A DNA stretch of 64,000 bases from Desulfobacteraceae bacterium (GTDB lineage Bacteria; Desulfobacterota; Desulfobacteria; Desulfobacterales; SKZT01), in the NCBI GenBank assembly GCA_011389745.1, contig JAABTQ010000003.1, positions 11,520 through 75,519 on the forward strand, given 5' to 3'. Under the pieces are notes generated by a model. It worked only from the letters and a program-made list of their open reading frames with translations. It had not been told where the DNA came from and searched no databases. This document shows positions 26,081 through 36,325 of the stretch, piece after piece. Each line of letters starts with the position of its first letter. Position 1 is the first letter of the stretch. Position numbers and translations under genes: made by a program.

Positions 26081-26820
26081 TCCAGATATCCCATAAACAT
26101 AAGACCGGCGCTCAATGTAAAAGCCCACACCAGATCCGATTTGGTAAAGGAAAATTGCCGCAGGGTGTGAAACTTTCCGGCAAATCCCCTGCATAGCATG
26201 GCATGATAGACTCGCTCGGCCCTGGCCGAGGCCCTCACAAAAAGCATACCGACAAGATAAGCATAAGTTCTGTAAGTGTGAAGATTGGTTCCCGGTTCAA
26301 AACACCTGACACGGGCTGCGCGAATCAGTCGCTGATATTCCTGTTCAATAACAAAAATATATCGATAAGTAATTAGAAACAAATATATAATTTTATCGGG
26401 TATCTTGAGCTGATTCAATGCATACCCCAGGGTAGCGAGGTATGACGTTCCTGTCAGAGCAATCAGGGACAGGAGAATCGCATTGGATTTCAGAGTGATT
26501 CTGGCTGATAAAATCACCCCTGAAAGCGTATAATCCAAGGGTCCCAGGGAAAAAATGGCCTCTCCGGGAAATGTTAAAGGAAGAACAAGCCACAAAAAGA
26601 AAATAAAACCATTGACTATCAGCAGTCTTTTTAAAACCAGGAAAAATTTCAGGCGCGCTAGAATAACCATGGCAACACCGAGAATAAGCGCCGTGATTAA
26701 TGTCAAAAAATGATCTGAAATTGCTGTCTGAACAGAAAATACAGTTGCCGCAACGATCTTGAGACGGGGATCCATCCGGTGCATGGGAGATGATCCGATG
26801 GCAAAAGTTTCCTGAATCAT
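26056..26820 (-). CDS. nikQ: ECF transporter transmembrane (T) component NikQ/CbiQ
   Basis: The protein is a 254-aa polytopic membrane protein. It sits between the M/L genes and the O gene, and its ends overlap both neighbours. Confidence 0.8.
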   Translation of the reverse strand: MIQETFAIGSSPMHRMDPRLKIVAATVFSVQTAISDHFLTLITALILGVAMVILARLKFFLVLKRLLIVNGFIFFLWLVLPLTFPGEAIFSLGPLDYTLSGVILSARITLKSNAILLSLIALTGTSYLATLGYALNQLKIPDKIIYLFLITYRYIFVIEQEYQRLIRAARVRCFEPGTNLHTYRTYAYLVGMLFVRASARAERVYHAMLCRGFAGKFHTLRQFSFTKSDLVWAFTLSAGLMFMGYLEWMKTTLF

Positions 26821-27443
26821 CGGGTTTCAGAGTCTGTTTTTTTACGGTTATTAAAATAGGCCCCGATACCTGCCAAACCAATGATGTATCCGATTCCTCC
26901 CAAAATATCGGAGATCCTGGGTCCCGGATCGCTCATATCTGAAAGTATTTGCATAACCGGTTTCAATTTCTTTTCCAAGGCCTGGTCAACAGCCTGTTCG
27001 ATGTCCTCTCTTGTCAATCCGGGCGCTGCAACCGGTTCGCTTCTTGTTTCCGCAGCTTCATTAACATCTTCGGATCGATCAGATGCCACGAAGCTGTCTT
27101 GCTGCAATGCCTCGATTTCTTCTGCATGGACAATCCACTCGTTTTGATGCCCCATTCCTGCTTTAAGCTCAATTTTCAGAGATGTTTTTTTAGGAAGTTT
27201 AAATGAAAAATCACCATTCTCATCGGTATTGCCTTTTAAAAGGAGATTTCCCTCCAGGTCAAAAACGCTGATTTCGCCATTATTGACCATCTTTCCGCCT
27301 CCGAATTTGCTTTGGGTATGCACGGTGTCGCCATCGACCCAGGCAAATATGGTCACCCGATGGGCATTGGCGTCAGATGCTGCAAATGTGCCGATAATTA
27401 TCAGAAACAGATGAATGATGAACATTTTTTTTATGCTGTTCAT
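26817..27443 (-). CDS. nikL: NikL-like accessory component (signal peptide, periplasmic beta-sandwich-like domain, C-terminal TM anchor)
   Basis: A signal peptide is followed by AHRVTIFAWVDGD, a GNTDENGDFSFKLP motif and a C-terminal hydrophobic ILGGIGYIIGLAGIGAYF. Its position matches the nikKMLQO gene order. Confidence 0.55.
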   Translation of the reverse strand: MNSIKKMFIIHLFLIIIGTFAASDANAHRVTIFAWVDGDTVHTQSKFGGGKMVNNGEISVFDLEGNLLLKGNTDENGDFSFKLPKKTSLKIELKAGMGHQNEWIVHAEEIEALQQDSFVASDRSEDVNEAAETRSEPVAAPGLTREDIEQAVDQALEKKLKPVMQILSDMSDPGPRISDILGGIGYIIGLAGIGAYFNNRKKTDSETR

Positions 27444-27463
27444 TTATGTTTCCTTGAAATTTT

Positions 27464-28069
27464 TCAATTAAGTGAACCAGGAAGAAGCGATGGCTGAACC
27501 TTTTTCAGGAAAGATACACAAAAAACCGTAACAAAACCTTCGATAATCATTATCGGAATATGCGCCGCTACGACAAGCCCGGCCACTTCGAAAAAATTCT
27601 TTTCTGTAAACATCAATGCAAGTCCCACAACGATCCCACCCAGCAACACGGAGAAAAAGCCTACGGCAAAAGCTGCAAAAACGGCAATTCGGGGCTTTTT
27701 CGAAATCATGGGCGCGAATACCAGGTAGCAGATTACCGCGGGTCCGGCCATGATCACCGTATTGACGCCAAGGGTGGTAATACCGCCATATTGAAATAAA
27801 ACCGCTTGTAAAATCAGAGCTACAACAATAGCGGGAACAGCCGCCCATCCCAATAAAAGCCCCACCACACCATTTAAGATAAGATGTACGTTCGACGGAC
27901 CTAATGGGACATGAACCAGAGAAGCTACAAAAAAAGAGGCTGACAGGATTCCTGCCTGGGCAATGCGATCATAATCGAGTTTTTTCAGCCCTACAGCAGT
28001 ACCCGCCGCAGCCAGTGCCGCTCCGGAAGCCAAAACCGGCCATGACAAAACACCTTCTGAAATGTGCAC
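27464..28069 (-). CDS. nikM: Ni/Co ECF substrate-capture component NikM/CbiM
   Basis: The N-terminus MHISEGVLS is the canonical metal-ligating start of CbiM/NikM. The protein is polytopic. Confidence 0.88.
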   Translation of the reverse strand: MHISEGVLSWPVLASGAALAAAGTAVGLKKLDYDRIAQAGILSASFFVASLVHVPLGPSNVHLILNGVVGLLLGWAAVPAIVVALILQAVLFQYGGITTLGVNTVIMAGPAVICYLVFAPMISKKPRIAVFAAFAVGFFSVLLGGIVVGLALMFTEKNFFEVAGLVVAAHIPIMIIEGFVTVFCVSFLKKVQPSLLPGSLN

Positions 28070-28111
28070 GCTAATGCTCCTTATTGTGATTCAAATTGAA
28101 TGACAGAGGAA

Positions 28112-28900
28112 TCATTTGCTTTTCCATTCATGAAAGCGGACCCAGATGACCGCACCCAATTCCACATCCTTGTCCTCGCCCTCATGTTTGAGCTTGAAAT
28201 CAGCGGTGTTCAAGGCAGAAAATCCCCACCATCCGGCAACAGGAACCGCATAGGTAAAAACCCCGTTCCGGTCGGCTTTGATTGTCTGAGTGATCATATA
28301 TTCCGTGGGGGCTTCCGCTTTTTTATCCTGGTTATAATATTCGATTTCCACTTCGGCAAACGGCACAGGTTTTCCATCGAATTTGACAATTCCCTGAAAC
28401 ACATTTCCGGCATATAACCCAAAAGGTTTGGAAAGGGGAACGATCTCGGTTTTTAAACCGGCTTCGGCATCCCACCCTTCATCATCTCCAAAGGCGGTGA
28501 TAATGGTTTTGGTATAATGAACGATAAAGCAGTCTTCAGCCGGCTCCCAATAGGGCACTGGTTCCATGCTGAAAATATAAACACCGGGTCGCTTCACAGA
28601 AAAATCCGTCTCCCAGGCGGTGTGCCCCATGACCTGGGTATTTTTTAATGTTTTCAGAAGATCGGTTTTTTGCCCGTCAAAAAAAACATCAAATTTACTG
28701 GGCTTTTCCAGTTCCATTCCCTTCATTTCAAAAGGATGGGAAAACGAAAGGGTCACACGAACATTTCTTTTGTCTTCCTGCATAATCATGGAATCGGATG
28801 GAATCACCATACCGAAATGGGCAAAAACATGATAAGGTAAAACCAATATGATACAAAACAAAACCAGCATCCCGCAATAAAAATTGATCATATTTTTCAT
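28112..28900 (-). CDS. nikK: periplasmic NikK/CbiK-like component (DUF4198 family)
   Basis: A signal peptide is followed by AHFGMVIPS and a beta-rich periplasmic domain. The ATG at 28900 follows GGAGGCGATT. Confidence 0.7.
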   Translation of the reverse strand: MKNMINFYCGMLVLFCIILVLPYHVFAHFGMVIPSDSMIMQEDKRNVRVTLSFSHPFEMKGMELEKPSKFDVFFDGQKTDLLKTLKNTQVMGHTAWETDFSVKRPGVYIFSMEPVPYWEPAEDCFIVHYTKTIITAFGDDEGWDAEAGLKTEIVPLSKPFGLYAGNVFQGIVKFDGKPVPFAEVEIEYYNQDKKAEAPTEYMITQTIKADRNGVFTYAVPVAGWWGFSALNTADFKLKHEGEDKDVELGAVIWVRFHEWKSK

Positions 28901-29001
28901 AATCGCCTCCAATAAAAAAAACCACATAAAGATCAGCACCTTCCTGGCGCATTTACCTTCGTGGCTTTTTCCTGATTAATCTTGCTATTATTATTTTTAA
29001 A

Positions 29002-29017
29002 GCGGGCTTCTGCCCAC
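29002..29017 (-). terminator. weak hairpin + U-run, possible terminator of the CBS gene or leader structure of the nik operon
   Basis: The minus-strand RNA GUGGGC-AGAA-GCCCGC forms 6 bp including one G-U pair. It is followed by UUUAAAAAUAAUAAU. Confidence 0.3.
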
Positions 29018-29083
29018 CGGATTGATTTGTTTTCGTATCTGAATTCTTTTGCGATGTCAACAGTTAATCCAGTGGGTTCCAGT

Positions 29084-29770
29084 CTATGGGATTTCATAAA
29101 TGGTGCGTTTGTTTTGTCTGTGATCCACAACGTAAAGAAGTGTTCCGATGTTTTCCAGTTTCTTTAGCAGATCCGGCAAAATTTCCCGGTCTATATCATA
29201 GATACGAAAATACACATGAAGATATCCCTCGGGCGCATTTTCAGCAGAACTTAAGATGCCGGCGGTTCGGCCTCCCCGGTTGTGTATAAGCTCACGAACT
29301 TCTTTGATGGGACCCGGGGTGTCTTTGAAACGAATCCCAATCTGAATTCCCTTTTTTCCCAAACCGGTGATGGCAATGAGTGCCCTGAAAATGTCACTCT
29401 TGGTAATAATACCTACTAATTTGCCTTTTAAGTCCAATACCGGAAGACCGGATATTTTATGTTCCAGTAATAATTGAGCGGCCTCTTCGATGGTGCAATC
29501 GGGAAGTACCGTGATTGGATTTTTGATCATCAGGTCACTGATTTTTATCCTGGAAATCAAATACAAAAGTTCATGCATGTCGAGTGTTGTGGCATCAGAC
29601 GGTGAAGCTTTTTTAAGGTCACGGTCACTTACAATGCCCACCAGCTTTCCCTCTGATGTAGCCGGCAGCAGTGTGATTTTATTGTCCCGCAATGAATAGA
29701 TGGCCGATTGCATGGAGTCATTGACATCGACTGCAACCACATTTTTGCTCATCCAGTTTTTGACAAGCAT
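29084..29770 (-). CDS. CBS-pair + ACT-like domain protein (AcuB-like)
   Basis: Two CBS repeats (VVAVDVNDSM...GIVSDRDL and PITVLPDCTI...GIITKSDI) are followed by a C-terminal ACT-like region. Confidence 0.85.
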   Translation of the reverse strand: MLVKNWMSKNVVAVDVNDSMQSAIYSLRDNKITLLPATSEGKLVGIVSDRDLKKASPSDATTLDMHELLYLISRIKISDLMIKNPITVLPDCTIEEAAQLLLEHKISGLPVLDLKGKLVGIITKSDIFRALIAITGLGKKGIQIGIRFKDTPGPIKEVRELIHNRGGRTAGILSSAENAPEGYLHVYFRIYDIDREILPDLLKKLENIGTLLYVVDHRQNKRTIYEIP

Positions 29771-30102
29771 TTTAATACCTCCTGTGTGTGATCAATTGTT
29801 GTCTGTTTAATGTTTTTCCAATTTTTCACAACCGTTTTTTGATAGTTATGTCACAATTGACAATGGGTTTCAAGCATACATACGAATGACAATCGGATAA
29901 AAAATAATCTCGGGATTTATCAGGAATTTAAAGTTCGGGTAAAGTTTCTTGACTTGAACTTTAAAAAAATTTAAAAACCAAAATAAATTTGGATTAATGG
30001 ACATCAAAGGTAAACTAACAATTTTCCTCTGCACAGAAAAATCACTATCGTGACAGGTTTTTTCTAAAATATTATTAAATTAATGGTAAGCCAATAAAGC
30101 TT

Positions 30103-30855
30103 ATGGCAACAAAAGAAGAAAATAATACCGAAGAATCTACAGAGTGTAAAATTTCCAAACCGTCAAAAAAACGCGGGTGGCCGTTCTGGGTTGTTTTTTT
30201 TATTAGTGCCTGGATGTTCTTTTTAGGGGTTATCGTAGGTCGGGGGACTTCTCCGATAACCTTTGATATCAACGAACTGGAAAAAAAAATTGCCGAACTT
30301 AAAAAATCAGCTTTACAATCCGAAGAATTGAGGGTTCAAGAGGCAAGCCCGGTTTCGCCTGATGTTAAATCCGAACTGGAATTTTATGAAGCACTTAAAA
30401 TGGCCGAACAAACTGATCCTATGGATTTTACAGAGCAAAAACCCAAAGCTGCTGTAAAACCCGAATCTCCTGCTGAACCTGAAAATACCGCGAACCCGGA
30501 ACCTGCTGTAAAAACCAAAAGTGTGGCAAAACCTGAGAAAATGCAGGAAGTAAAAAAAAATGAGGTAAAAGCCATTCCCCCGGTTTCGGAAACCAGAAAA
30601 ACCAACGAAAAAAATGACAAGCACTATTCCATCCAGGTGGCTTCGTTAAAAGATTCCAAAGAAGCTGACCGGCTGGTTGAAATATTCAGAAAAAGAGGAT
30701 ATCCTGCTTATCGTGCCAGCGCGGAAGTTCGCAATACCGGTATCTGGCACCGGGTCAGAATCGGACCATTTATAAAACAATCAGAGGCTCTTCGAATTCT
30801 GGGGCCTGTCAGCCGGGAAAGTAAAGGTGCATTGATCATCGAGCATTCTCCCTGA
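30103..30855 (+). CDS. SPOR domain protein (septal peptidoglycan binding)
   Basis: The protein has an N-terminal TM segment and a Pro/Glu/Lys-rich linker. The C-terminal region HYSIQVASLKDSKEADRLVEIFRKRGYPAY...WHRVRIGPF is a SPOR fold. Confidence 0.88.
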   Translation: MATKEENNTEESTECKISKPSKKRGWPFWVVFFISAWMFFLGVIVGRGTSPITFDINELEKKIAELKKSALQSEELRVQEASPVSPDVKSELEFYEALKMAEQTDPMDFTEQKPKAAVKPESPAEPENTANPEPAVKTKSVAKPEKMQEVKKNEVKAIPPVSETRKTNEKNDKHYSIQVASLKDSKEADRLVEIFRKRGYPAYRASAEVRNTGIWHRVRIGPFIKQSEALRILGPVSRESKGALIIEHSP

Positions 30856-30884
30856 AGGCCCATTTAATCAAAAGGACTAAACTA

Positions 30885-31193
30885 TTGAACCAGAAGCAAA
30901 ATCAGGTAATAATTTCCAAAGAAGAAGTCAAACATGTGGCAGATCTTGCCCGCTTAGATATGGATGACACCAGCATTGAATTGTTTTCAAAACAGATTGG
31001 AAATATCCTTCAGTATATCGATACGTTAACAAGTGTGAATACTGAAAAGGCAGCCTCGACCTCCCATGCCGTTTTTTTACCCAATGCTTTTCGAGAGGAT
31101 GAGGTCAAAAACCATATGGACAGAAATCTTGCCCTTTCCAATGCCCCGGAAAAAGAAAATGGCAATTTTATAGTCCCCAAAGTTATCGGATAG
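30885..31193 (+). CDS. gatC: Asp/Glu-tRNA amidotransferase subunit C
   Basis: ISKEEVKHVADLARLDMDD...IGNILQYIDTL is the typical GatC sequence. The start is TTG, and gatA follows. Confidence 0.9.
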   Translation: MNQKQNQVIISKEEVKHVADLARLDMDDTSIELFSKQIGNILQYIDTLTSVNTEKAASTSHAVFLPNAFREDEVKNHMDRNLALSNAPEKENGNFIVPKVIG

Positions 31194-31221
31194 AAAGAAA
31201 ACCTAAAACCAAGGTAATTTT

Positions 31222-32682
31222 ATGCAATTATACGAGCTGACCATACATGAGGCCGGACGGCTTTTAAAAAACAGGGAAATCACATCCGAACAACTTACAA
31301 CAGCTGTATTGGAGCGTATCGAACAAATTGATGACAAAATCGGCGCTTATTTAACGGTTTGTGCCGATTTGGCCATGGAACAAGCTAAAGCCGCGGATCT
31401 GGTCATTGCAAAAGGAGACGGCTCACCATTGACAGGAATTCCAATGGCCATAAAAGACTTAATTTGCACCAAAGGCATACGAACCACCTGTGCATCTGCC
31501 ATGCTCGATCAATTTGTTCCGCCTTTTGATGCCACGATTATGGAAAAACTGAACCAGCAGCATGCGGTCATGATCGGCAAAACCAATATGGATGAATTTG
31601 CCATGGGATCTTCCACCGAACATTCGGCATTCAAACCGACACGAAATCCATGGGATCCGGAACGGATTCCGGGAGGTTCCAGCGGAGGATCGGCAGCAGC
31701 AACTGCTTCGGATATGTGCACAGGAGCAATCGGTTCGGACACCGGTGGTTCAATTCGCCAGCCGGCCTCTCACTGTTCGGTAACCGGTTTAAAACCAACC
31801 TATGGACGTGTATCCCGATTTGGCCTGGTCGCTTTTGCATCTTCTTTAGACCAGATTGGACCCATTGCCAAGGATGTCACCGATACCGCCATTATATTGA
31901 ATGCCATCGCAGGGTATGATCCTAAAGATTCCACATCTCTTCCCGAACCAGTCCCGGACTACACCAGTGCTCTTGAAAAAGGACTCAAAGGGGTCAGAGT
32001 CGGCATTCCCAGGGAATATTTTGAAACTGAAGGTGTGGATCCATCGGTGTTGGAATCCGTCGAAAAAGCCATTTCCACTATATGCGACACAGGGGCTGAA
32101 CGCGTTGAAATTTCCCTTCCACAATCAAAATATGGCGTTGCCGCCTATTATGTCATTGCACCCTGTGAGGCCAGCTCCAATCTTGCCCGTTATGACGGTG
32201 TTAAATACGGGTTCAGAGCGTCCGGAAAAACCGACATCATCGACATGTACAGAGCCACGAGATCAAAAGGATTCGGCGCTGAGGTCAAGCGAAGAATCAT
32301 TATCGGCACCTATTGCCTTTCATCCGGATACTATGATGCTTATTATGGTAAAGCCTCTCAGGTGCGGACTTTGATCATGGAAGACTACAAAAATGCTTTT
32401 GAATCATGCGATGTCATCCTGGCTCCTGTTGCGCCCACACCCGCATTTAAAATCGGGGAAAAGGTTGATGATCCATTAACCATGTATCTAAGCGACATAT
32501 TCACACTTTCAGTCAACCTGGCCGGAATACCCGGTATTTCGGTGCCTTGTGGATTTTCTCCGGAAGGACTTCCCATCGGACTCCAAATTCTGGGAAACCA
32601 TCTTTGTGAGGAAAAAATCCTGAAAGTGGCCTACAATTTCGAACAGGCCACAGAATTTCATAATAAAAAACCAGCGGTCTGA
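31222..32682 (+). CDS. gatA: Asp/Glu-tRNA amidotransferase subunit A
   Basis: The amidase signature [12 protein letters not shown]...[12 protein letters not shown] is present. The length is 486 aa. Confidence 0.95.
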   Translation: MQLYELTIHEAGRLLKNREITSEQLTTAVLERIEQIDDKIGAYLTVCADLAMEQAKAADLVIAKGDGSPLTGIPMAIKDLICTKGIRTTCASAMLDQFVPPFDATIMEKLNQQHAVMIGKTNMDEFAMGSSTEHSAFKPTRNPWDPERIPGGSSGGSAAATASDMCTGAIGSDTGGSIRQPASHCSVTGLKPTYGRVSRFGLVAFASSLDQIGPIAKDVTDTAIILNAIAGYDPKDSTSLPEPVPDYTSALEKGLKGVRVGIPREYFETEGVDPSVLESVEKAISTICDTGAERVEISLPQSKYGVAAYYVIAPCEASSNLARYDGVKYGFRASGKTDIIDMYRATRSKGFGAEVKRRIIIGTYCLSSGYYDAYYGKASQVRTLIMEDYKNAFESCDVILAPVAPTPAFKIGEKVDDPLTMYLSDIFTLSVNLAGIPGISVPCGFSPEGLPIGLQILGNHLCEEKILKVAYNFEQATEFHNKKPAV

Positions 32683-32713
32683 AAACTGCACCGCTATTAA
32701 AGGAAATAAATCC

Positions 32714-32890
32714 ATGAGTATTCAACCCAAAGGCGAACATATTCGCAATGTAATCAAATGGGTTTCCGAAGAACGAACCTACCACCCGGAAACCCCGATA
32801 AGTGAAATGGTGGCAAAGGCTTCCGTCCGCTTCAATCTTTCCCCTTTGGAAGTCGACTGGCTTGAACGGTTTATCAAAGAAAAAGAATAA
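32714..32890 (+). CDS. small hypothetical protein (58 aa), below ORF-track cutoff
   Basis: The ORF reads ATG...TAA and encodes MSIQPKGEHIRNVIKWVSEERTYHPETPISEMVAKASVRFNLSPLEVDWLERFIKEKE. A purine-rich AAAGGAAA lies upstream. It fills the gatA-mutL gap exactly. Confidence 0.45.
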   Translation: MSIQPKGEHIRNVIKWVSEERTYHPETPISEMVAKASVRFNLSPLEVDWLERFIKEKE

Positions 32891-32897
32891 AACAATC

Positions 32898-34733
32898 GTG
32901 ACTAAGATAAGGATTCTTCCGGATATTCTCTCCAACAAAATAGCCGCTGGTGAAGTTGTTGAGCGTCCCGGTTCGGTGGTTAAAGAGTTGGTGGAAAACG
33001 CCCTGGATGCTCAAAGCACTCAGGTATTGGTGGAAATTGAAAACGGGGGTAAATCCCTGATTCGAATTTCCGATAACGGTTGCGGTATGGGTCATGATGA
33101 TGCTCTTCTGGCCATCGAGCGGTTTGCAACAAGCAAAATTTATAGTGATCATGATCTTTTTAATATCAGCACGCTTGGTTTCAGAGGAGAAGCCATCCCA
33201 AGCATTGCTTCGGTGTCTCGCTTTACCCTGATCACCCGTGAAGGTCTTTCCGAATCCGGAATTTCAATCAAAATCGATGGTGGAAAAATCATAAACGTCT
33301 CTGAAACAGGTGCTCCAATCGGAACCATGGTTTCAGTCGGGCAACTATTTTATAATACCCCTGCACGGAGAAAGTTTTTAAAAACCACCAACACCGAAAT
33401 GGGCCACATTGCCGATACGGTATCTTCAATGGCCATGGCCCATCCTGGGGTACAATTCAGGCTGACCCACAACGGCAAAGAAGTAAAAAGGCTTTCATCA
33501 GTATCGGATCCGCTCGATAGAATATCCAAGGTAATCGGTGATACCCTGAAAAAAGACCTTTATCCTGTAAATTTTACCAATGATACCGTCAGTATCTCGG
33601 GGGCCATAGCATCACCCCGAATCAACCGTACCACCTCCAGAGCGATATTTATCTATGTCAACGGCAGGTATATCAGGGACCGGATGATTCAACACGCCAT
33701 TTTCCAAGGCTACGGCCAGCGGCTGATGAAAGGACAATTTCCGGTAGCGGTCTTGTTTTTAAAGGTCCCGACGCAAACCGTGGATGTCAATGTTCACCCG
33801 ACCAAGCATGAAGTGCGATTTTCCGAACAAAAAAAAATACATGATTCGGTTCAATACGTTATCGGAGAAACATTGAAAATATGGGAAAATTCCGTTAAAT
33901 GGCCGTTGCATCAGGGGGATCAATCAGATCCTGTCCGTATCCTTGAGTCTTCCGACACATTTGTTCAGGCCATTGATCAACAGCCAACCCCGGATCCTGT
34001 TTCAAGACCGTACACAAATCCTGACAGGCCAAAAAATACCCCGAACATTGCTGCTTTACCCAAGACCGTTCCTGTCTCCCAATTGCGGGAAATCGAGCCG
34101 AAACAAAGTGATCCGCTACCAAAACAGCAAGTCTTATGGCAAAAGAAACAATTTTCCGATTTGAAAATCATCGGACAATGCCATCATACCTACATTCTTC
34201 TTGAGTATGATCAAGGCATAATCCTGCTGGATCAGCATGCCGCTCATGAACGAATCTTGTATGAACGTATGAAAAAAAGATCGTCTGAAGTCCAAAACGG
34301 CTCCCAGCAGCTCATTGTCCCGGAGACCTTTGATCTGGGATTTTCTGAACGCGATATATTAGAAAAGATCATGCCGTTGTTTGAAAGGATCGGCCTTTAC
34401 ATAGAACCCTTTGGCGGAAATACTTTCGTTGTTAAAGCTGTACCGGCACTTCTCGAAGGAAAAGAAATACAGCCCCTGATTCGTGACATTATCGAAAAAA
34501 TTCTTGAAACAGGCATCTCTCAGGATTTAACTTCGGCAATGGACACAAGCTATAAGCTGATGGCTTGTCATGGAGCAATCAGAGCAGGCCAAAAACTTTC
34601 CGAACTGCAAATCAAAGGACTTCTTCAACAACTGGATGAATGTGAAACCCCTTCCAATTGCCCTCATGGACGTCCTACCTGGATTCGATGGGAGCTGAAA
34701 TTCCTTGAAAAATCCTTTCACAGAATTGTTTAA
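32898..34733 (+). CDS. mutL: DNA mismatch repair protein MutL
   Basis: The GHKL N-terminus IRILPDILSNKIAAGEVVERP...DNGCGM is present, with the C-terminal endonuclease-type region ACHGAIRAG...CPHGRP. The GTG start at 32898 was chosen over the ORF-track start at 32802. Confidence 0.93.
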   Translation: MTKIRILPDILSNKIAAGEVVERPGSVVKELVENALDAQSTQVLVEIENGGKSLIRISDNGCGMGHDDALLAIERFATSKIYSDHDLFNISTLGFRGEAIPSIASVSRFTLITREGLSESGISIKIDGGKIINVSETGAPIGTMVSVGQLFYNTPARRKFLKTTNTEMGHIADTVSSMAMAHPGVQFRLTHNGKEVKRLSSVSDPLDRISKVIGDTLKKDLYPVNFTNDTVSISGAIASPRINRTTSRAIFIYVNGRYIRDRMIQHAIFQGYGQRLMKGQFPVAVLFLKVPTQTVDVNVHPTKHEVRFSEQKKIHDSVQYVIGETLKIWENSVKWPLHQGDQSDPVRILESSDTFVQAIDQQPTPDPVSRPYTNPDRPKNTPNIAALPKTVPVSQLREIEPKQSDPLPKQQVLWQKKQFSDLKIIGQCHHTYILLEYDQGIILLDQHAAHERILYERMKKRSSEVQNGSQQLIVPETFDLGFSERDILEKIMPLFERIGLYIEPFGGNTFVVKAVPALLEGKEIQPLIRDIIEKILETGISQDLTSAMDTSYKLMACHGAIRAGQKLSELQIKGLLQQLDECETPSNCPHGRPTWIRWELKFLEKSFHRIV

Positions 34734-34737
34734 ACAT

Positions 34738-34756
34738 ACCATTCTTGATGAATGGT
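34738..34756 (+). terminator. intrinsic terminator candidate after mutL
   Basis: ACCATTC-TTGAT-GAATGGT has a perfect 7-bp stem. It is followed by CCTTAATGTTTTATTAT. Confidence 0.5.
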
Positions 34757-34826
34757 CCTTAATGTTTTATTATAGTTAGACTTAAAATTTAATTTAGATC
34801 GCCTGAAAGTGTGTGGAGGAAAATAC

Positions 34827-35255
34827 ATGTCCTTAAAAGAGACTATTGCCGACGATGCATTGGCCGAAAAAATTGTTAGATATTATGGATACACTGAAGA
34901 AGTTTCTTTAAAAAATGTGGCAAAGACAGTGGCAAAGCTTATGATTAACGAGTATTTCGACAACATATGCTCAGGTAATTTTAAAAATCTGACCGATGAA
35001 GAGATGCGTCAGTGGGTAACAGAAGAACTCAATCAGCGTTTTGATGAAAAAGTTGTGGCTGCCGTGGAACAATCATACCCTCATTTAAATGAGGAGGAAA
35101 TCGACGCCAAACTGGCAACCATTGAATCACTTTACCAAAAAGAGCATGAAGCTCAGGTGGAAGCGGTCACAAAAGCTGCATTCAAGGAGCTCAGAAGCCG
35201 TGTGGTGAGCCTACAAAAAGAGGTTAAAGCCCTAAAGAAAAAATATACGACTTAG
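34827..35255 (+). CDS. hypothetical protein, acidic with coiled-coil C-terminus
   Basis: This is a clean ORF whose ATG follows GTGGAGGAAAATAC. I see no recognisable motif. Confidence 0.6.
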   Translation: MSLKETIADDALAEKIVRYYGYTEEVSLKNVAKTVAKLMINEYFDNICSGNFKNLTDEEMRQWVTEELNQRFDEKVVAAVEQSYPHLNEEEIDAKLATIESLYQKEHEAQVEAVTKAAFKELRSRVVSLQKEVKALKKKYTT

Positions 35256-35280
35256 AACAATTCAGGAACTTATTTAAAAA

Positions 35281-36162
35281 ATGAATTCGACATCCGACAA
35301 TTATTTTTATCATCAAAAGACCTTGGCGAAATCGGCATCCTGCTCCGGAATCGGGGTTCATTCAGGAAGAAAAGTTCAACTGAACATTCATCCTGCACCG
35401 ACAAATCATGGAATAAAATTTAAACGAACCGACCTTTCTGAAGGTCAAGCCATTCCTGCTTTATTCAGCCGGATTGTTGATACGAGCCTGGCAACCGTCA
35501 TTGGCCAGGATGGTTGTATCGTGTCCACCATAGAACACCTGATGGCTGCGTTTTCAGGTCTTTCCATCGACAATGCTCTTGTGGAACTGGATTCATACGA
35601 GCTTCCTATCATGGATGGAAGCGCCGGTCCGTTTACACAATTGATAAAAAGTGCCGGCATTAAAAACCAGAACGCTCCGCGTTTTTTTTTCGTAGCAAAA
35701 GAGCCCATAATACTTGAAGAAAATGGGAAATCCGTGGGGGTATACCCGGGTTCCGAGCGAAGAATTACTTATACCATCTCCTTTAACCATCCATTGGTTC
35801 AAACACAGTCGCTTTCAGTTGATTTATCCGCTGATGAATTTGAAAATGAAATTGCACCGGCCAGAACATTCGGTTTTTATCATGAAATAGAATACCTGAA
35901 AAAATTCGGACTTGCCAGAGGAGGGTCTTTGGATAATGCTGTTGTATTGGACCGGGAAAAAATTTTAAACCCCGGGGGATTGCGATATCCTGATGAATTT
36001 GTTCGTCACAAAATTCTGGATTGTATCGGTGATTTCTCGCTTCTTGGAATGCCGATCATGGGGCATATCAAAGTGTACAAATCCGGACACGCATTCAATC
36101 ACGAATTTTTAAAGGAATTCCTTACACGAAAAGGCTCTTGGGAAACCTGTTCTTTGCAGTAA
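35281..36162 (+). CDS. lpxC: UDP-3-O-acyl-N-acetylglucosamine deacetylase
   Basis: GIGVHSGRKV, TTIGQDG-like, EHLMAA and HAFNHEFL motifs are present. Confidence 0.93.
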   Translation: MNSTSDNYFYHQKTLAKSASCSGIGVHSGRKVQLNIHPAPTNHGIKFKRTDLSEGQAIPALFSRIVDTSLATVIGQDGCIVSTIEHLMAAFSGLSIDNALVELDSYELPIMDGSAGPFTQLIKSAGIKNQNAPRFFFVAKEPIILEENGKSVGVYPGSERRITYTISFNHPLVQTQSLSVDLSADEFENEIAPARTFGFYHEIEYLKKFGLARGGSLDNAVVLDREKILNPGGLRYPDEFVRHKILDCIGDFSLLGMPIMGHIKVYKSGHAFNHEFLKEFLTRKGSWETCSLQ

Positions 36163-36325
36163 ATATCGGATGTCGACAATTCGTCCTCAAAATAACTTGT
36201 CATTTAACCCGCCATTGTTTATGAATTAGTTTTTTTAAGGAGTTACAAACATGGGATCGTCGGATTGAGGTCAAAAATTATTTTAATTATCTAACTATTC
36301 ATTGGCTTTTAGTTCAGGGTTTGGG

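Noticed and set aside
29846-29862. The recurrent word ATTGACAATG / CATTGTCAAT appears at 29850, 46245, 9651 and 19446, raising the possibility of a shared operator.
   Set aside because: Two of the four copies are inside coding sequence, where they simply encode Ile-Val-Asn. The word is AT-rich and is expected by chance at about this frequency.
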